Shown: positions 17,547-27,393, counted from the stretch's first letter. The stretch: 64,000 nt of DNA from Pirellulales bacterium (GCA_033762255.1 JANRLT010000053.1:4803-68802); one strand, 5' to 3'. Program-made: numbers and translations. The notes: generated by a model not told the origin, from the letters alone.

Positions 17547-20255
17547 ATGGCCAAAGTTGCCCTCAAGCCCGAAAAGTCCGCCAAATCCTCGAAATCCGAT
17601 ACCCCGGCCAAAGGGGACAAGCCCGCCAAAATGACCTACTACTTTGGCAAGACGCGGTGCGATGGCAAAGGGGACCAAAAATCGCTATTAGGGGGCAAGG
17701 GGGCCAATCTGGCGGATATGACCAGCATCGGCCTGCCGGTTCCACCGGGATTCACCATCACCACCGCCGTGTGCGACGCCTACTATAAAAGCGGCAAAAA
17801 GCTTCCCGCTGGACTCATGGATGACGTGAAAAAAGCGGTCTCCATGCTGGAAAAAGAACTGGGCAAGAAATTTGGCGATCCCAACCATCCCCTGCTGGTC
17901 TCGGTCCGTTCCGGCGCGGCGGCCAGCATGCCCGGCATGATGAACACCATTCTCAACCTGGGCCTCAATGACAAATCCGTCATTGGCCTCGCCCATGCGA
18001 CCAATAACGACCGGTTTGCCTATGACAGCTACCGCCGCGTGATCAACATGTTTGGCGATGTGGTGGTCAATGTCGACCACGAGCATTTTGAACATGCCTT
18101 TGACAAGATCAAAAAGAAATACAACGCCAAGGCCGATACCGATGTGCCGACACAAGGGTTGGTGGAGCTGTGCAACGAGTACAAAAAAGTGTACGAGCAG
18201 CACCATGGCAAACCCTTTCCCCAGGATCCGCTGGTCCAACTGGAAATGGCGATCGAGGCGGTCTTTCGCAGTTGGATGCAACCCCGCGCGGTAAAGTACC
18301 GCCAGGTCGAGGGGATCACTGGCCTTTTGGGAACAGCGGTCAATATCCAATCGATGGTCTTTGGCAACATGGGGGACGACTGCGGCACGGGCGTGGCCTT
18401 TACCCGCAATCCCAGCACGGGCGAGAATAAATTTTACGGCGAGTTTTTGGTCAACGCCCAGGGGGAGGATGTGGTGGCGGGGATTCGCACGCCGCTGCCG
18501 GTCGATGACATGCCCAAGTGGAACAAAAAAATCCACGGGCAGCTCCTCGACATCAAAAAGATTTTGGAGACGCATTATAAGGACGTGCAGGATATCGAGT
18601 TCACCATTGAAAAGGGAACTTTGTATATGCTGCAAACGCGGAATGGCAAGCGGACCGGCCCCGCGGCGGTGCGGATCGCCTGCGAAATGGTTAAGGAAAA
18701 GCTGATCGACGAACCAACAGCCGTCAAACGCATTCCCGCGGCGGACCTGATTCAATTGTTGCTCCCCAGTTTTGACCCCGCCGCCAAAAAGAAAGCCACC
18801 GTTCTGACGACCGGCCTGCCAGCCTCTCCCGGCGCGGCTGTGGGTAAGCTGGCCTTTACCGCGGCCGAGGCGGTCGACCGGACCCATGCCGGTGAAAAAG
18901 TGATTTTGGTCCGCAAGGAAACCAATCCCGAGGACATCGATGGCATGCATTCCGCGGCGGGCATCTTGACCAGCACCGGCGGCATGACCAGCCATGCGGC
19001 GGTCGTCGCCCGCGGCTGGGGCCGCTGCTGCGTCGCCGGCGCGGGAGAAATCACCATCGACGAAAAAGCCCGGGTCATCGTGGTCAAAGGGAAAAAGCTG
19101 ACCTTTAAGGACACGATTAGCATCGACGGCTCGACCGGCGAAGTCATGCTGGACGAGGTAGCCACCCAGGCGCCGAAGCTGTCGGGTGACTTTGGCACGG
19201 TGATGAAATGGGCGGACAAATACCGCACGCTGAAGATTCGGACCAATGCCGACACCCCCGCCGATGCCGAAAAGGCCCGGGAATTTGGAGCGGAAGGGAT
19301 CGGCCTGTGCCGGACCGAGCATATGTTCTTTGAAGGGGACCGGATCAAGGCGATGCGCGAAATGATCCTGGCCGAACATCCCGAAGAACGCGAAGCCGCC
19401 CTGGCCAAGCTGCTACCGTTCCAACGGACCGACTTTGAGGGAATCTTTAAGGCGATGAAAGGCCTGCCGGTCACCATCCGCCTGCTGGATCCCCCGTTGC
19501 ACGAATTTTTGCCCCAAGAGGAAAAAAGCCAAAAGGAAATGGCCGCGCTCTTGGGCGTCAGCCCCGCCAAGGTCAAACACCGCGTTCACCAACTGCACGA
19601 AATGAACCCCATGCTGGGCCATCGTGGCTGCCGCCTGGCGGTGACTTATCCGGAGATTTTGGTGATGCAGGTTACGGCCATTGTCGAGGCGACCATCAAT
19701 TGCCGCAATAAAAACATCGACGCCCAGCCGGAGATCATGATTCCCCTGGTCGGGACCGAGAAAGAATTGGCGATGCTGCGACAATTGACAGAAGAAACCA
19801 TCGAAAAGGTCGCCAAGGAGAAGAAGTACACGAAGAAACTGGATATCCCCGTGGGGACGATGATCGAAATCCCCCGCGCGGCCCTGACCGCCAACGAGAT
19901 CGCCAATCAAGCGGACTTTTTCAGCTTTGGCACCAACGACCTGACGCAAATGACGTTCGGCTTTAGCCGAGACGACGTCAACACGTTTTTGCCGGATTAC
20001 CTGCGCAACGAACTGCTGCTGGTCGATCCGTTCCAATCGCTCGATACCTCGGGCGTGGGCCAGTTGGTTGAAATGGCCGTGACCAAGGGTCGGGCCACCC
20101 GCGACGGGCTAAAATGCGGCATTTGCGGCGAGCACGGCGGGGACCCGGCGTCGATCCGCTTTTGCCACAAAGTAGGGCTGGATTATGTCAGTTGCTCGCC
20201 TTATCGCGTACCGATCGCCCGCCTGGCCGCCGCGCAGGCGGCACTGGGTAAGTAG
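17547..20255 (+). CDS. ppdK: Pyruvate, phosphate dikinase
   Basis: 902 aa. Motifs: GGKGANLADMTSIGLPVPPGFTITT, TSTGGMTSHAAVVARGWG (catalytic His loop), CRTEHMFF and FFSFGTNDLTQ. Confidence 0.95.
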   Translation: MAKVALKPEKSAKSSKSDTPAKGDKPAKMTYYFGKTRCDGKGDQKSLLGGKGANLADMTSIGLPVPPGFTITTAVCDAYYKSGKKLPAGLMDDVKKAVSMLEKELGKKFGDPNHPLLVSVRSGAAASMPGMMNTILNLGLNDKSVIGLAHATNNDRFAYDSYRRVINMFGDVVVNVDHEHFEHAFDKIKKKYNAKADTDVPTQGLVELCNEYKKVYEQHHGKPFPQDPLVQLEMAIEAVFRSWMQPRAVKYRQVEGITGLLGTAVNIQSMVFGNMGDDCGTGVAFTRNPSTGENKFYGEFLVNAQGEDVVAGIRTPLPVDDMPKWNKKIHGQLLDIKKILETHYKDVQDIEFTIEKGTLYMLQTRNGKRTGPAAVRIACEMVKEKLIDEPTAVKRIPAADLIQLLLPSFDPAAKKKATVLTTGLPASPGAAVGKLAFTAAEAVDRTHAGEKVILVRKETNPEDIDGMHSAAGILTSTGGMTSHAAVVARGWGRCCVAGAGEITIDEKARVIVVKGKKLTFKDTISIDGSTGEVMLDEVATQAPKLSGDFGTVMKWADKYRTLKIRTNADTPADAEKAREFGAEGIGLCRTEHMFFEGDRIKAMREMILAEHPEEREAALAKLLPFQRTDFEGIFKAMKGLPVTIRLLDPPLHEFLPQEEKSQKEMAALLGVSPAKVKHRVHQLHEMNPMLGHRGCRLAVTYPEILVMQVTAIVEATINCRNKNIDAQPEIMIPLVGTEKELAMLRQLTEETIEKVAKEKKYTKKLDIPVGTMIEIPRAALTANEIANQADFFSFGTNDLTQMTFGFSRDDVNTFLPDYLRNELLLVDPFQSLDTSGVGQLVEMAVTKGRATRDGLKCGICGEHGGDPASIRFCHKVGLDYVSCSPYRVPIARLAAAQAALGK

Positions 20256-20840
20256 TGTCAACAAAGCCGCCGCTGGCAGCGGCGGTGTGTGGCTGTAGGT
20301 CCCGTCCGCCGGACGGGACTGCGGTGCTTGGTATTTGGTTGCTGGTTTTTGGTTGCCGCGACGCGTAGCGGAGCGCGTGCCTCTACCGAAGAATTCATTC
20401 ATCACGGAGGAGTGAGAGGAAAGACCGAGTTTTACGGAGAAAGCATTCTGTAGGAGGCGACTCTGTCGCCGAATATCCCGTAGCGGCGAGTTTTACTCGC
20501 CGTTTTGCCACGTCACGTCGGGTGGCGGGGGACTAGCTTGTGCAGCAATGTGGATCCAGGGGAGCGATATCTTTATAGCAAGCGTTTCAACCAAATTGCC
20601 TTTCAACCGCGCAGCGGTTGCGGCATTTAGCCCAAGGCTATTCAGCGCGTCCTGCAAGGTAATATCCCAAAGCCGCCGCTGGCAGCGGCGGTGTGCGGGA
20701 CACGGGAAAAAACGTAGGAGGCGACTCCGTCGCCGAATGTACCGTACCGGCGAGTTTTACTCGCTGTTTTGGCTCTGTACCGGCGAGTTCCACTCGCCGT
20801 TCTGGACATTGGTTAGCCGCAACGCGTAGCGGAGCGCGGC
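20256..20840. repeat. Mosaic array of at least five different short palindromic units (duplicated composite)
   Basis: AAAGCCGCCGCTGGCAGCGGCGGTGTG occurs at 20263 and 20669. GGCGACTCYGTCGCC occurs at 20456 and 20720. GGCGAGTTTTACTCGCC occurs at 20485 and 20749, with a variant at 20782. CGCGTAGCGGAGCGCG occurs at about 20361 and 20822. PAL-1 is at 20299. Confidence 0.85.
20299..20319. repeat. PAL-1 copy 2 (inverted orientation, loop GCC)
   Basis: GTCCCGTCCGCCGGACGGGAC, 44 nt downstream of the ppdK stop. Confidence 0.9.
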
Positions 20841-21065
20841 ATTTGGTTGAATGGATTAAAGCGTAGCGGTGTACTCTTACATTGGTCCCTCTTGCTTACA
20901 AAATTGCTCTCGATTCCCTCACGCAGGATTGACCTAAATCTAATTTTGTTGATTACTGTTTTTTACGACGGTAAGATACAAAATGTCGCTTTGTGGCTAT
21001 CCTGGTTATTGCGAATATTCCGGCACAAAACGTGTGGAATGTAATCTTTTGCGGCGGAGGGTGCT

Positions 21066-21512
21066 TTGCGTGGTTACCTGTGCGAACGCTGCTCGCTTGC
21101 TTTTGAGATCGGTGGGTATCACTTTTGGTCGCTTGACGGGAAATGCGATCAAGTGGTATGCCGCGCATGCGGCACTATGCACCGCCTCACTGAGCAGCAC
21201 GGACTCTGTCAAATCACGGCTTTATCCGGCCCGGTGTGGTCGCTGCCACTTGTCACTCGGATGACCGAGTTCGGGCACGAGTATACAGACTACGAATGGC
21301 CATTTACCGAGACTGATTGGCACCATGTAGGCCAGCACATCGGCGGCATCAAGGCGCTCGGGCAGTACAAGTGTAGCCACTGCGGGGCGGCAGGGCAAAA
21401 GCAGTCGCTAGAGTGGCCGCCGCACTCGGACGGGTTTTGGATTTCGTTCCGGGAAGTGTGCCCGCTGTGCGGCGGACCGATGCCGTTTTTGTTCGACTCA
21501 ACAATTAACTAA
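21066..21512 (+). CDS. Hypothetical protein with two CxxC...CxxC zinc-ribbon-like pairs
   Basis: 148 aa with a TTG start. Cys pairs: CERC...CRAC near the N-terminus and CSHC...CPLC near the C-terminus. No family recognised. Confidence 0.45.
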   Translation: MRGYLCERCSLAFEIGGYHFWSLDGKCDQVVCRACGTMHRLTEQHGLCQITALSGPVWSLPLVTRMTEFGHEYTDYEWPFTETDWHHVGQHIGGIKALGQYKCSHCGAAGQKQSLEWPPHSDGFWISFREVCPLCGGPMPFLFDSTIN

Positions 21513-21529
21513 TCGCGTACGTCTTAACC

Positions 21530-21895
21530 ATGCCACGAGATGCCGTTTCCTACGATGATGAGCAACAGCTTACAACATATATCTTTCACAATTACCCTAA
21601 CCTTCTCACACCACTGGAAGCACAAATCTACAAAGCCCTGCTCGCGGAATCAAAGGCAACACACTCAAGCAATATGATTGCATCAATACTTCGACAGCGT
21701 TGGAGCGTGACTGCTTCTCCAGATGTAGTCAACGCGCTTGCTAATGGTCCGGATGAGTTTCGTAACCGTGTTCGCAAACGAATTATTGAGGAGTGCGCGG
21801 AACAAATAATCATCAGACGCTGTCCAAAATGTTCGCGTTTGGTCGCAACCCCCAAGGCACAACAGTGTTTGTGGTGTGGGCATGATTGGCATTGA
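21530..21895 (+). CDS. Hypothetical protein with a C-terminal zinc ribbon
   Basis: 121 aa ending in RRCPKCSRLVATPKAQQCLWCGHDWH. It starts 18 nt after the previous ORF, so co-transcription is likely. Confidence 0.45.
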   Translation: MPRDAVSYDDEQQLTTYIFHNYPNLLTPLEAQIYKALLAESKATHSSNMIASILRQRWSVTASPDVVNALANGPDEFRNRVRKRIIEECAEQIIIRRCPKCSRLVATPKAQQCLWCGHDWH

Positions 21896-22171
21896 CTTCA
21901 CTACTGGCCATTGATTTTCACAATTCCCATATAGCTTATACCCTTTACTCCTGCCTCGCCAGAAAGTTGTGTTCCCATTCTCTATACACTCAATGGGGAG
22001 AGGCCGGTGTTTTGACCCCCTCGGGGACGGAAGTCCTGGGCGGCGATCCTGTACAAATAAGCCACACTCGCGCCAAGGATTCCCGACCCCCATGAGCGCG
22101 TCAATTATACACCGCTCCGTCGGGGCTTAACGAGAGAGAAGGTCGCCAACCGTGGCCTTGGGTCCACGGCC

Positions 22172-22280
22172 ACAATTCCCGCTCCGCTGCGCGGCTAGAT
22201 GGGACAGGGGGGTGTTTTGTGTACCCCGGGTAGTTGCTGCGCTCCGACCCGGGGCTAAGTTCTGTAACCGTTTCGCAGTG
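22172..22280. repeat. 105-bp dispersed repeat, copy 2
   Basis: ...CGCTCCGCTGCGCGGCTA...GTGTACCCCGGGTAGTTGCTGCGCTCCGACCCGGGGCTAAGTTCTGTAACCGTTTCGCAGTG. Confidence 0.85.
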
Positions 22281-22494
22281 GATACTATTGAACCAAAAAC
22301 CAATATCTAAAAAGCAGAAACCTTAATGCCCACCCCCGTACCGCCGATGCCATCGGCGGCTTTGTGGGTCGTTGCCAAACACCAGCAACCAAATACCAAC
22401 CGCCAAATAACGCGCTCCGCTGCGCGTCGCGGCTAACCAAATACCAGAAATGCACCCGGCGGAACACGACTATCCCCTGGCCCCTCACCCCTGA

Positions 22495-22515
22495 GTCCCG
22501 TCCGGCGGACAGGAC
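22495..22515. repeat. PAL-1 copy 3 (one mismatch)
   Basis: GTCCCGTCCGGCGGACAGGAC followed by CTACCC, 17 nt downstream of the dinG-like stop. Confidence 0.85.
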
Positions 22516-22531
22516 CTACCCGCCAGCGAAA

Positions 22532-24598
22532 CTACTGGATCCCGTACTCTTCCACTACCTTGTGGCAATCGGGGAGCGACTCGCTAAAGATTTTGCCGTA
22601 ATGTTTCGTGTGCATCCGGGGATCCAGCACCACCACAATCCCCCGGTCGCTGCGCGTGCGAATCAGGCGGCCAAAGCCCTGCTTAAATTTCAGCACCGCC
22701 TCGGGCAGGCTATATTCGCTAAAGGGGTTCCCCCCCCGGGCCTTGATCGCCTCGGTGCGGGCCTCTAATAAAGGTTGGTCGGGGACGGCAAAGGGGAGTT
22801 TGGTGATGATCACGTTTTGCAGGGCTTCCCCCGGCACGTCGACCCCCTGCCAAAAACTGTCCGTCCCAAACAGCACCCCCCGCTCGGCGGACTTAAACTG
22901 ATCCAACATTTGCCCCCGCGGGGTTCCCTCGGCCTGCGAAAACAGTCGATACTTCCCGCTCACCAGCCATGCATTTAGCCGGTTTGCCAGGTTTCGCAGC
23001 ATGTCATAACTGGTAAACAGCACAAACGCCCGCCCCGCCGTCCGCGCAATATACCGCTGGATCATGGCGGCGCAGGCTTGTTCATACGCGGATTTGTCCG
23101 AAGGTTCGGGCATCCCCCGCAGCGTGATTAGCGTTGCTTGCTCGCGAAAGTTGAACGGACTGCCAAGTTGTTCCCCGCGACTGTCCGTCAGGCCGATCCG
23201 CCGCCGAAAATGGTCAAAACTGGCTTTCTTTCCCACGCCCAAGGTCGCGCTGGTGAGCACCACGGCGGGTCCATCGCTAAAGAGTTCTTCCCGCAGGATG
23301 GGTCCGACCTCGACCGGGGCGGCATGCAGCGCGATCCGGGGATAGCGGCGGCGGCTTTCTTGCTTTTCGATCCAATACGCCGCGTCCGGCAGCGACTGGT
23401 TCAGCCAGGTTTCCAATTGACCCGCCATCGCCAACAGCCGCTCGGCGGCGGAAACGTAATCCAGTTTTTCGCCGGGGGATTTTAGCGTTTCGGCGTGTTG
23501 CCGCACCATCCGCGATAAATTCAACAGCGCGGGGCTTAGCGGATTGGCCACAATCTCTTTTGTGCGGACGCGGCCATTAGCGCTTTTCCCGGATTGACTC
23601 CATTCCAGCAAATCGCCAAAAAACTCATCCGCCGCAAATCGGCATCGCTCGGTCGCCTGCTGCGCCGTCCCCAATTGCGCCGTGACCAACAATCCCTTAT
23701 TCGTATGGGCGTTGTACAGTTTATTCAGCAGGTACTCGATTTGGCCCGAACTGACCGATAGGCCCAGGTGGTCGCCGGCGACCTGTTCCAGGGTGTGGGC
23801 CTCGTCAAAAATGACCAGTTGGTGGTCGGGAAGCAGTTTCGCCCCTTGCCGCCGCAGGGCCAAATCGCTGCAGTAAAGCGCGTGGTTGACGATGAGGATT
23901 TGGGCGTTCTGCATGCGTCGCCGGGCGGCAAAGTAAAAGCAATCTTTGTGCGTGGGACAGTTGCGGCCCAGGCAATTGCCGCTATCGCTGGCGACTTCGT
24001 CCCACACACCGGCCAGGGGGGTCTCGCCCAGATCGGCCTTGGAGCCGTCAGTGGTGGTTTTTGCCCAATCGGCGATTCGCCGCAATTGACTGTATTCCTC
24101 ATCCGAGCTTAGCAAAGAGGTCGCGCGGGCCTGGGCGTTTTTCATCCGGCGCAGGCTCAGGTAATTGCCGCGCCCCTTGACCATGACGGCGGTAAACTCC
24201 AGGGGAATCACGGCCTTGAGCAGGGGCAAATCCTTGGACAGCAATTGTTCCTGCAGGGCGATGGTGTGCGTGCTGATGATCACGCGGCGGCGGGGGGCGG
24301 CATCCTCGCCGGGGTTGAGTGGCCCTGTGTCATCATCAGCGTCATACAGGTCGCGCGGATTGCGGCGGGGGGGAGGTTCGGGGGCGAGTTGATCCTGGCA
24401 CACGGCCAGGATGGCCGGAACCAGATAGGCAAAGCTTTTGCCGACGCCGGTGCCGGCCTCGACCACCAGATGCTGCCGGGCGGCGATGGCCTCGGCCACG
24501 GCCGCCGCCATGCGCAGCTGCTCGGGCCGCTGTTCATAATTGGCCAACCGCGCGGCAACGCGTCCAGCAGGGCCTAGAATGTCCGCGGGGGTCAGCAT
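22532..24598 (-). CDS. dinG: ATP-dependent DNA helicase, DinG/XPD (Rad3-related) family
   Basis: [18 protein letters not shown] (Walker A), [10 protein letters not shown] (DEAH box), a Cys-rich insert [15 protein letters not shown], and the C-terminal motif [12 protein letters not shown]...LPF. Confidence 0.85.
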   Translation of the reverse strand: MLTPADILGPAGRVAARLANYEQRPEQLRMAAAVAEAIAARQHLVVEAGTGVGKSFAYLVPAILAVCQDQLAPEPPPRRNPRDLYDADDDTGPLNPGEDAAPRRRVIISTHTIALQEQLLSKDLPLLKAVIPLEFTAVMVKGRGNYLSLRRMKNAQARATSLLSSDEEYSQLRRIADWAKTTTDGSKADLGETPLAGVWDEVASDSGNCLGRNCPTHKDCFYFAARRRMQNAQILIVNHALYCSDLALRRQGAKLLPDHQLVIFDEAHTLEQVAGDHLGLSVSSGQIEYLLNKLYNAHTNKGLLVTAQLGTAQQATERCRFAADEFFGDLLEWSQSGKSANGRVRTKEIVANPLSPALLNLSRMVRQHAETLKSPGEKLDYVSAAERLLAMAGQLETWLNQSLPDAAYWIEKQESRRRYPRIALHAAPVEVGPILREELFSDGPAVVLTSATLGVGKKASFDHFRRRIGLTDSRGEQLGSPFNFREQATLITLRGMPEPSDKSAYEQACAAMIQRYIARTAGRAFVLFTSYDMLRNLANRLNAWLVSGKYRLFSQAEGTPRGQMLDQFKSAERGVLFGTDSFWQGVDVPGEALQNVIITKLPFAVPDQPLLEARTEAIKARGGNPFSEYSLPEAVLKFKQGFGRLIRTRSDRGIVVVLDPRMHTKHYGKIFSESLPDCHKVVEEYGIQ

Positions 24599-24728
24599 GG
24601 AAAGGAGTGTTACTTTTGGGAAGGAAACGCCAGGGACCGAACAGAGTATAAGTGGGCATTTCTATTCTAAGCCATCCGCTTGCGGTTCTGTCAGCCCCCG
24701 CGAAGTTGACAAATGCCGTGAAATACGT

Positions 24729-24840
24729 TTTGGCCACGGATTTTCGCAGTTGAAACACGGATCATTCTGGATTCTGATCCGTGCAAATCCGTGTTTATCC
24801 GTGGCTACGTATTATATTAAATTCAATTTTGGCCACGGAT
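24729..24840. repeat. Cluster of six ATCCGTG/CACGGAT heptamers, bracketed by two TTTTGGCCACGGATT copies
   Basis: CACGGAT occurs at 24735, 24756 and 24834. ATCCGTG occurs at 24777, 24787 and 24797. Confidence 0.8.
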
Positions 24841-25048
24841 TGGCACTGATGAAAAACGGTGCGGGCGGGGGTCGGGAGTCTGACGCGGTAAGCGCGTATT
24901 TGGCAAACGGGCTTGTTCGCGGAAGACTCCCGTCCCCCTACGCCTTGCTTGAGGGGGACGGGAGTCCTGGGCGAATCAAGCTGTATAGCGAAATGAGCTT
25001 GCACCGCCCACGACTCCCGACCCCTGCGCTACATGCTATTCAAGATAT

Positions 25049-25225
25049 AAATCGGGCCTTTGGCCCTTCCAATAGTATCCACACTTGACCTAGGGCGACG
25101 CTGCGCTTGCCCTAGGCTGGGATAGGTTGGGCCTTTGGCCCGCAAAACATCAAACGCCTTTGGCCCGCAAGAAATTCACCAACGAAAATCTTTGCACACT
25201 GCGAAGATTTGAAAGGTTAGTAGTA
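25049..25225. repeat. Composite repeat of about 180 bp, copy 1
   Basis: AATCGGGCCTTTGGCCCTTCC...CCTAGGGCGACGCTGCGCTTGCCCTAGGCTGGGATAGGTTGGGCCTTTGGCCC...GATTTGAAAGGTTAGTAGT. Confidence 0.85.
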
Positions 25226-25236
25226 CGGATGATGCT

Positions 25237-25276
25237 AAATTCTGATCCGTGCACATCCGTGGCTAATACCATCCGT
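25237..25276. repeat. Second ATCCGTG cluster (three copies)
   Basis: ATTCTGATCCGTGCACATCCGTGGCTAATACCATCCGTGG shares the module ATTCTGATCCGTGCAMATCCGTG with the cluster starting at 24768. Confidence 0.8.
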
Positions 25277-25297
25277 GGTGAATTCACTGCGGTGGCC

Positions 25298-26605
25298 CTA
25301 AGCCGATTCACCCGCCAGCCAGCCGGTGCTCCAGGCGGCTTGAAAGTTATATCCGCCAATCGGCCCATCCAAGTCGAGGATCTCCCCCGCAAAGTATAGC
25401 CCCGGAACCAGCTTGCTTTGCATCGTGCGGGAATCGACCTCGTTGAGCGGCACCCCGCCAGCGGTAACTTCCGCCTTGCCATAGCCCAGTGTGCCGTTCA
25501 GGGGGATGGGAAGTTGCTTTACCAATTTCGTCAACGATTGCCGCTCTGAGCGGGAGATTTCCGCCCCTTTTTTGTCCGGGGGAATCGCCGCCAATTGCAA
25601 AATCACTTCCTGAATCCGGCGGGGAAGTTCCGCCGGTAACAATTGCATGATCTGCTTTTTTCCCGCTTGAGCCAAGCGTCGGGTAAACTCCTCTTCCCAC
25701 TCCGCCGGGGACGCGTCCGGCAACATATCCAGCTCCGCGCTCAGTTGACTGGGCCGCGCATGGGCGGAGACGACACGGCTAACGTCCAATGCCGCCGGAC
25801 CCGTCAGGCCAAAATGGGCGAACAACAGCGATCCGCGTGTCGCGGCCAGTTTTTTGCCATTTTCCACGATCGCCAGCCCAACGCGCGGCAGCGTGATGCC
25901 GCGGAGATTGCGCACCCAGGGAAGGGACGTGGTCAGCGGCACCAGCGCGGGGTGAGTGGGGACCAGGGTGTGGCCCAGGCTGGCCGCCCAACGATAGCCG
26001 TCGCCGGTGGTGCCACTGCCGGGAAAGGAGAGTCCGCCGGTGGTCAGGATCACGCTGTGCGCGGCGAGGGTCCGTTTAGGTGTGGTAATGGTAAAGCGGG
26101 GGGGGCGGGGCGTGCTGTCGATAAGGCGGGGGAGGCCGGGAGGTAGTGAAGTAGCATGAACTTGGGACGAATCCGTGAACTTTTGCAACTCCAGGACTGG
26201 TTCTTGATAGGCGATGCTGGCACCGGCGGCCGTCGCCCGTGCGACCAGGGCGTCGCGCACATCGCGAGCGGAGTCGCTGACGGGAAAAATTTTGTTGGTA
26301 TCCTCGACCTTGGTAGGGACGCCGCTGGCGTGAAAGAAATCCAGCGTGGCGCTGACATCCAGCGCGGCCAGCGGAGAGTGTAGGAATTTCCCTTGGGTGC
26401 CATAGGCCGCGATGATGCCGCGGTTGTCGGTGTTTTGGGTCAGGTTGCAACGCGTGCCGCCGGACATCAAGATTTTTACCCCGGCCTGGGGATTTTTTTC
26501 CAATAGCAGCACGGCCTTCCCCAAGCTGGCGGCGCGGCAGGCGGCAAACAGTCCGGCGGCCCCGGCCCCGATAATGATGATGTCCCAGCTTGGCGATGTT
26601 AACAC
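25298..26605 (-). CDS. NAD(P)/FAD-dependent oxidoreductase, HI0933/YhiN (BaiN-like) family
   Basis: WDIIIIGAGAAGLFAA (dinucleotide fold), ILMSGGTRCNLTQ, and the C-terminal GLYFAGEILDLDGPIGGYNFQAAWSTG. Confidence 0.85.
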   Translation of the reverse strand: MLTSPSWDIIIIGAGAAGLFAACRAASLGKAVLLLEKNPQAGVKILMSGGTRCNLTQNTDNRGIIAAYGTQGKFLHSPLAALDVSATLDFFHASGVPTKVEDTNKIFPVSDSARDVRDALVARATAAGASIAYQEPVLELQKFTDSSQVHATSLPPGLPRLIDSTPRPPRFTITTPKRTLAAHSVILTTGGLSFPGSGTTGDGYRWAASLGHTLVPTHPALVPLTTSLPWVRNLRGITLPRVGLAIVENGKKLAATRGSLLFAHFGLTGPAALDVSRVVSAHARPSQLSAELDMLPDASPAEWEEEFTRRLAQAGKKQIMQLLPAELPRRIQEVILQLAAIPPDKKGAEISRSERQSLTKLVKQLPIPLNGTLGYGKAEVTAGGVPLNEVDSRTMQSKLVPGLYFAGEILDLDGPIGGYNFQAAWSTGWLAGESA

Positions 26606-26705
26606 AGGTATAAAAATGGGGGGTTAGTGCATAAGCGGGGTTTTCCCGCCAATGTACAATCCCCACCCTATAAATTAAAGTTGCCAGAGAGATGTCGTCA
26701 GGGAG

Positions 26706-27158
26706 TCATGCACCACCGCCGATGGGGATTCGTCCAGCGTTGGTGAGACATAGGTCGAGGTTTGTATCAAAGACAAAGATGCCGTTTAAGGAGTTGTCCC
26801 CAGTCCTGAAATCCGCAGCGTAGGGTTTACCGGCCAAATTTTTGGCGATTGGGCCTCGTGCCGACCACCTTTATAACACCCTTTGCATCAGGTGTGACGT
26901 TAATCGTCAATCGCCGTGGGCTGGTTCCGGCCCTTTGCTTCCTCGGGCCCGGTTTGGATCAAATGATCCTAGGGGAATCTATTTTAATATTAATCCTATT
27001 TACCGGGATAGTTGATCCAGTTTTACCCTCAGGTTGTGGCGCCGCAGCGCGGCAATCAGGGGAGCAGGGAAATTAATAAATTGTAATGGCCGGGAAAAGC
27101 GATAACTGCTAGCTAGTAAAAAACAGTTTGTCCCGCAAATCAAAGCGGCAAGAACCAT
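26706..27158 (-). pseudogene. Decayed gene: signal-peptide-like start followed by three frame-shifted fragments
   Basis: Reverse-strand pieces in three frames: MVLAALICGTNCFLLASS...; ...EEAKGRNQPTAIDD*; TINVTPDAKGVIKVVGTRPNRQKFGR*; KPYAADFRTGDNSLNGIFVFDTNLDLCLTNAGRIPIGGGA*. They read as one collinear protein broken by frameshifts. Family unknown. Confidence 0.3.
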
Positions 27159-27320
27159 GGGTGAGCGCCCAGTGGCTGATCGGCCCAACTTGAATCGATC
27201 GCTATGACAAAATGGACAAAATAACTGGTTTCGTCAATCAGCAGTCAATTGAGCTAGAAATAAAGGCATAATGCCTAAGTAGCAGTTGGTTCAAGCGTGT
27301 TTTATAACCAACTACCGCAC

Positions 27321-27393
27321 TGGAGACGAAGGGGATCGAACCCTCAACCCCCGGCTTGCAAAGCCGGTGCTCTCCCAATTGAGCTACGTCCCC
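27321..27393 (-). tRNA. tRNA-Ala (anticodon UGC), CCA not encoded
   Basis: GGGGACGTAGCTCAATTGGGAGAGCACCGGCTTTGCAAGCCGGGGGTTGAGGGTTCGATCCCCTTCGTCTCCA folds as a cloverleaf: 7-bp acceptor stem with G3:U70 (the Ala identity pair), D-arm GCTC/GAGC, anticodon stem CCGGC/GCCGG with loop TTTGCAA, and T-loop TTCGATC. Confidence 0.92.

Noticed and set aside
17688-19379. 563-aa antisense ORF inside ppdK, plus similar long antisense or alternate-frame ORFs inside nuoF (47713-48543), nuoG (49588-50283), the AtuA-like gene and the kinases
   Set aside because: They overlap genes with unambiguous family motifs on the other strand or frame. Their translations are Arg/Gly/Ala/Pro-rich low-complexity strings, as expected from stop-poor frames in GC-rich DNA.
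24540-25088. 182-aa ORF, plus 22364-22768 and 20548-20829
   Set aside because: They are composed almost entirely of translated intergenic repeat units (ATCCGTG arrays, PAL-1, GGCGAG hairpins).
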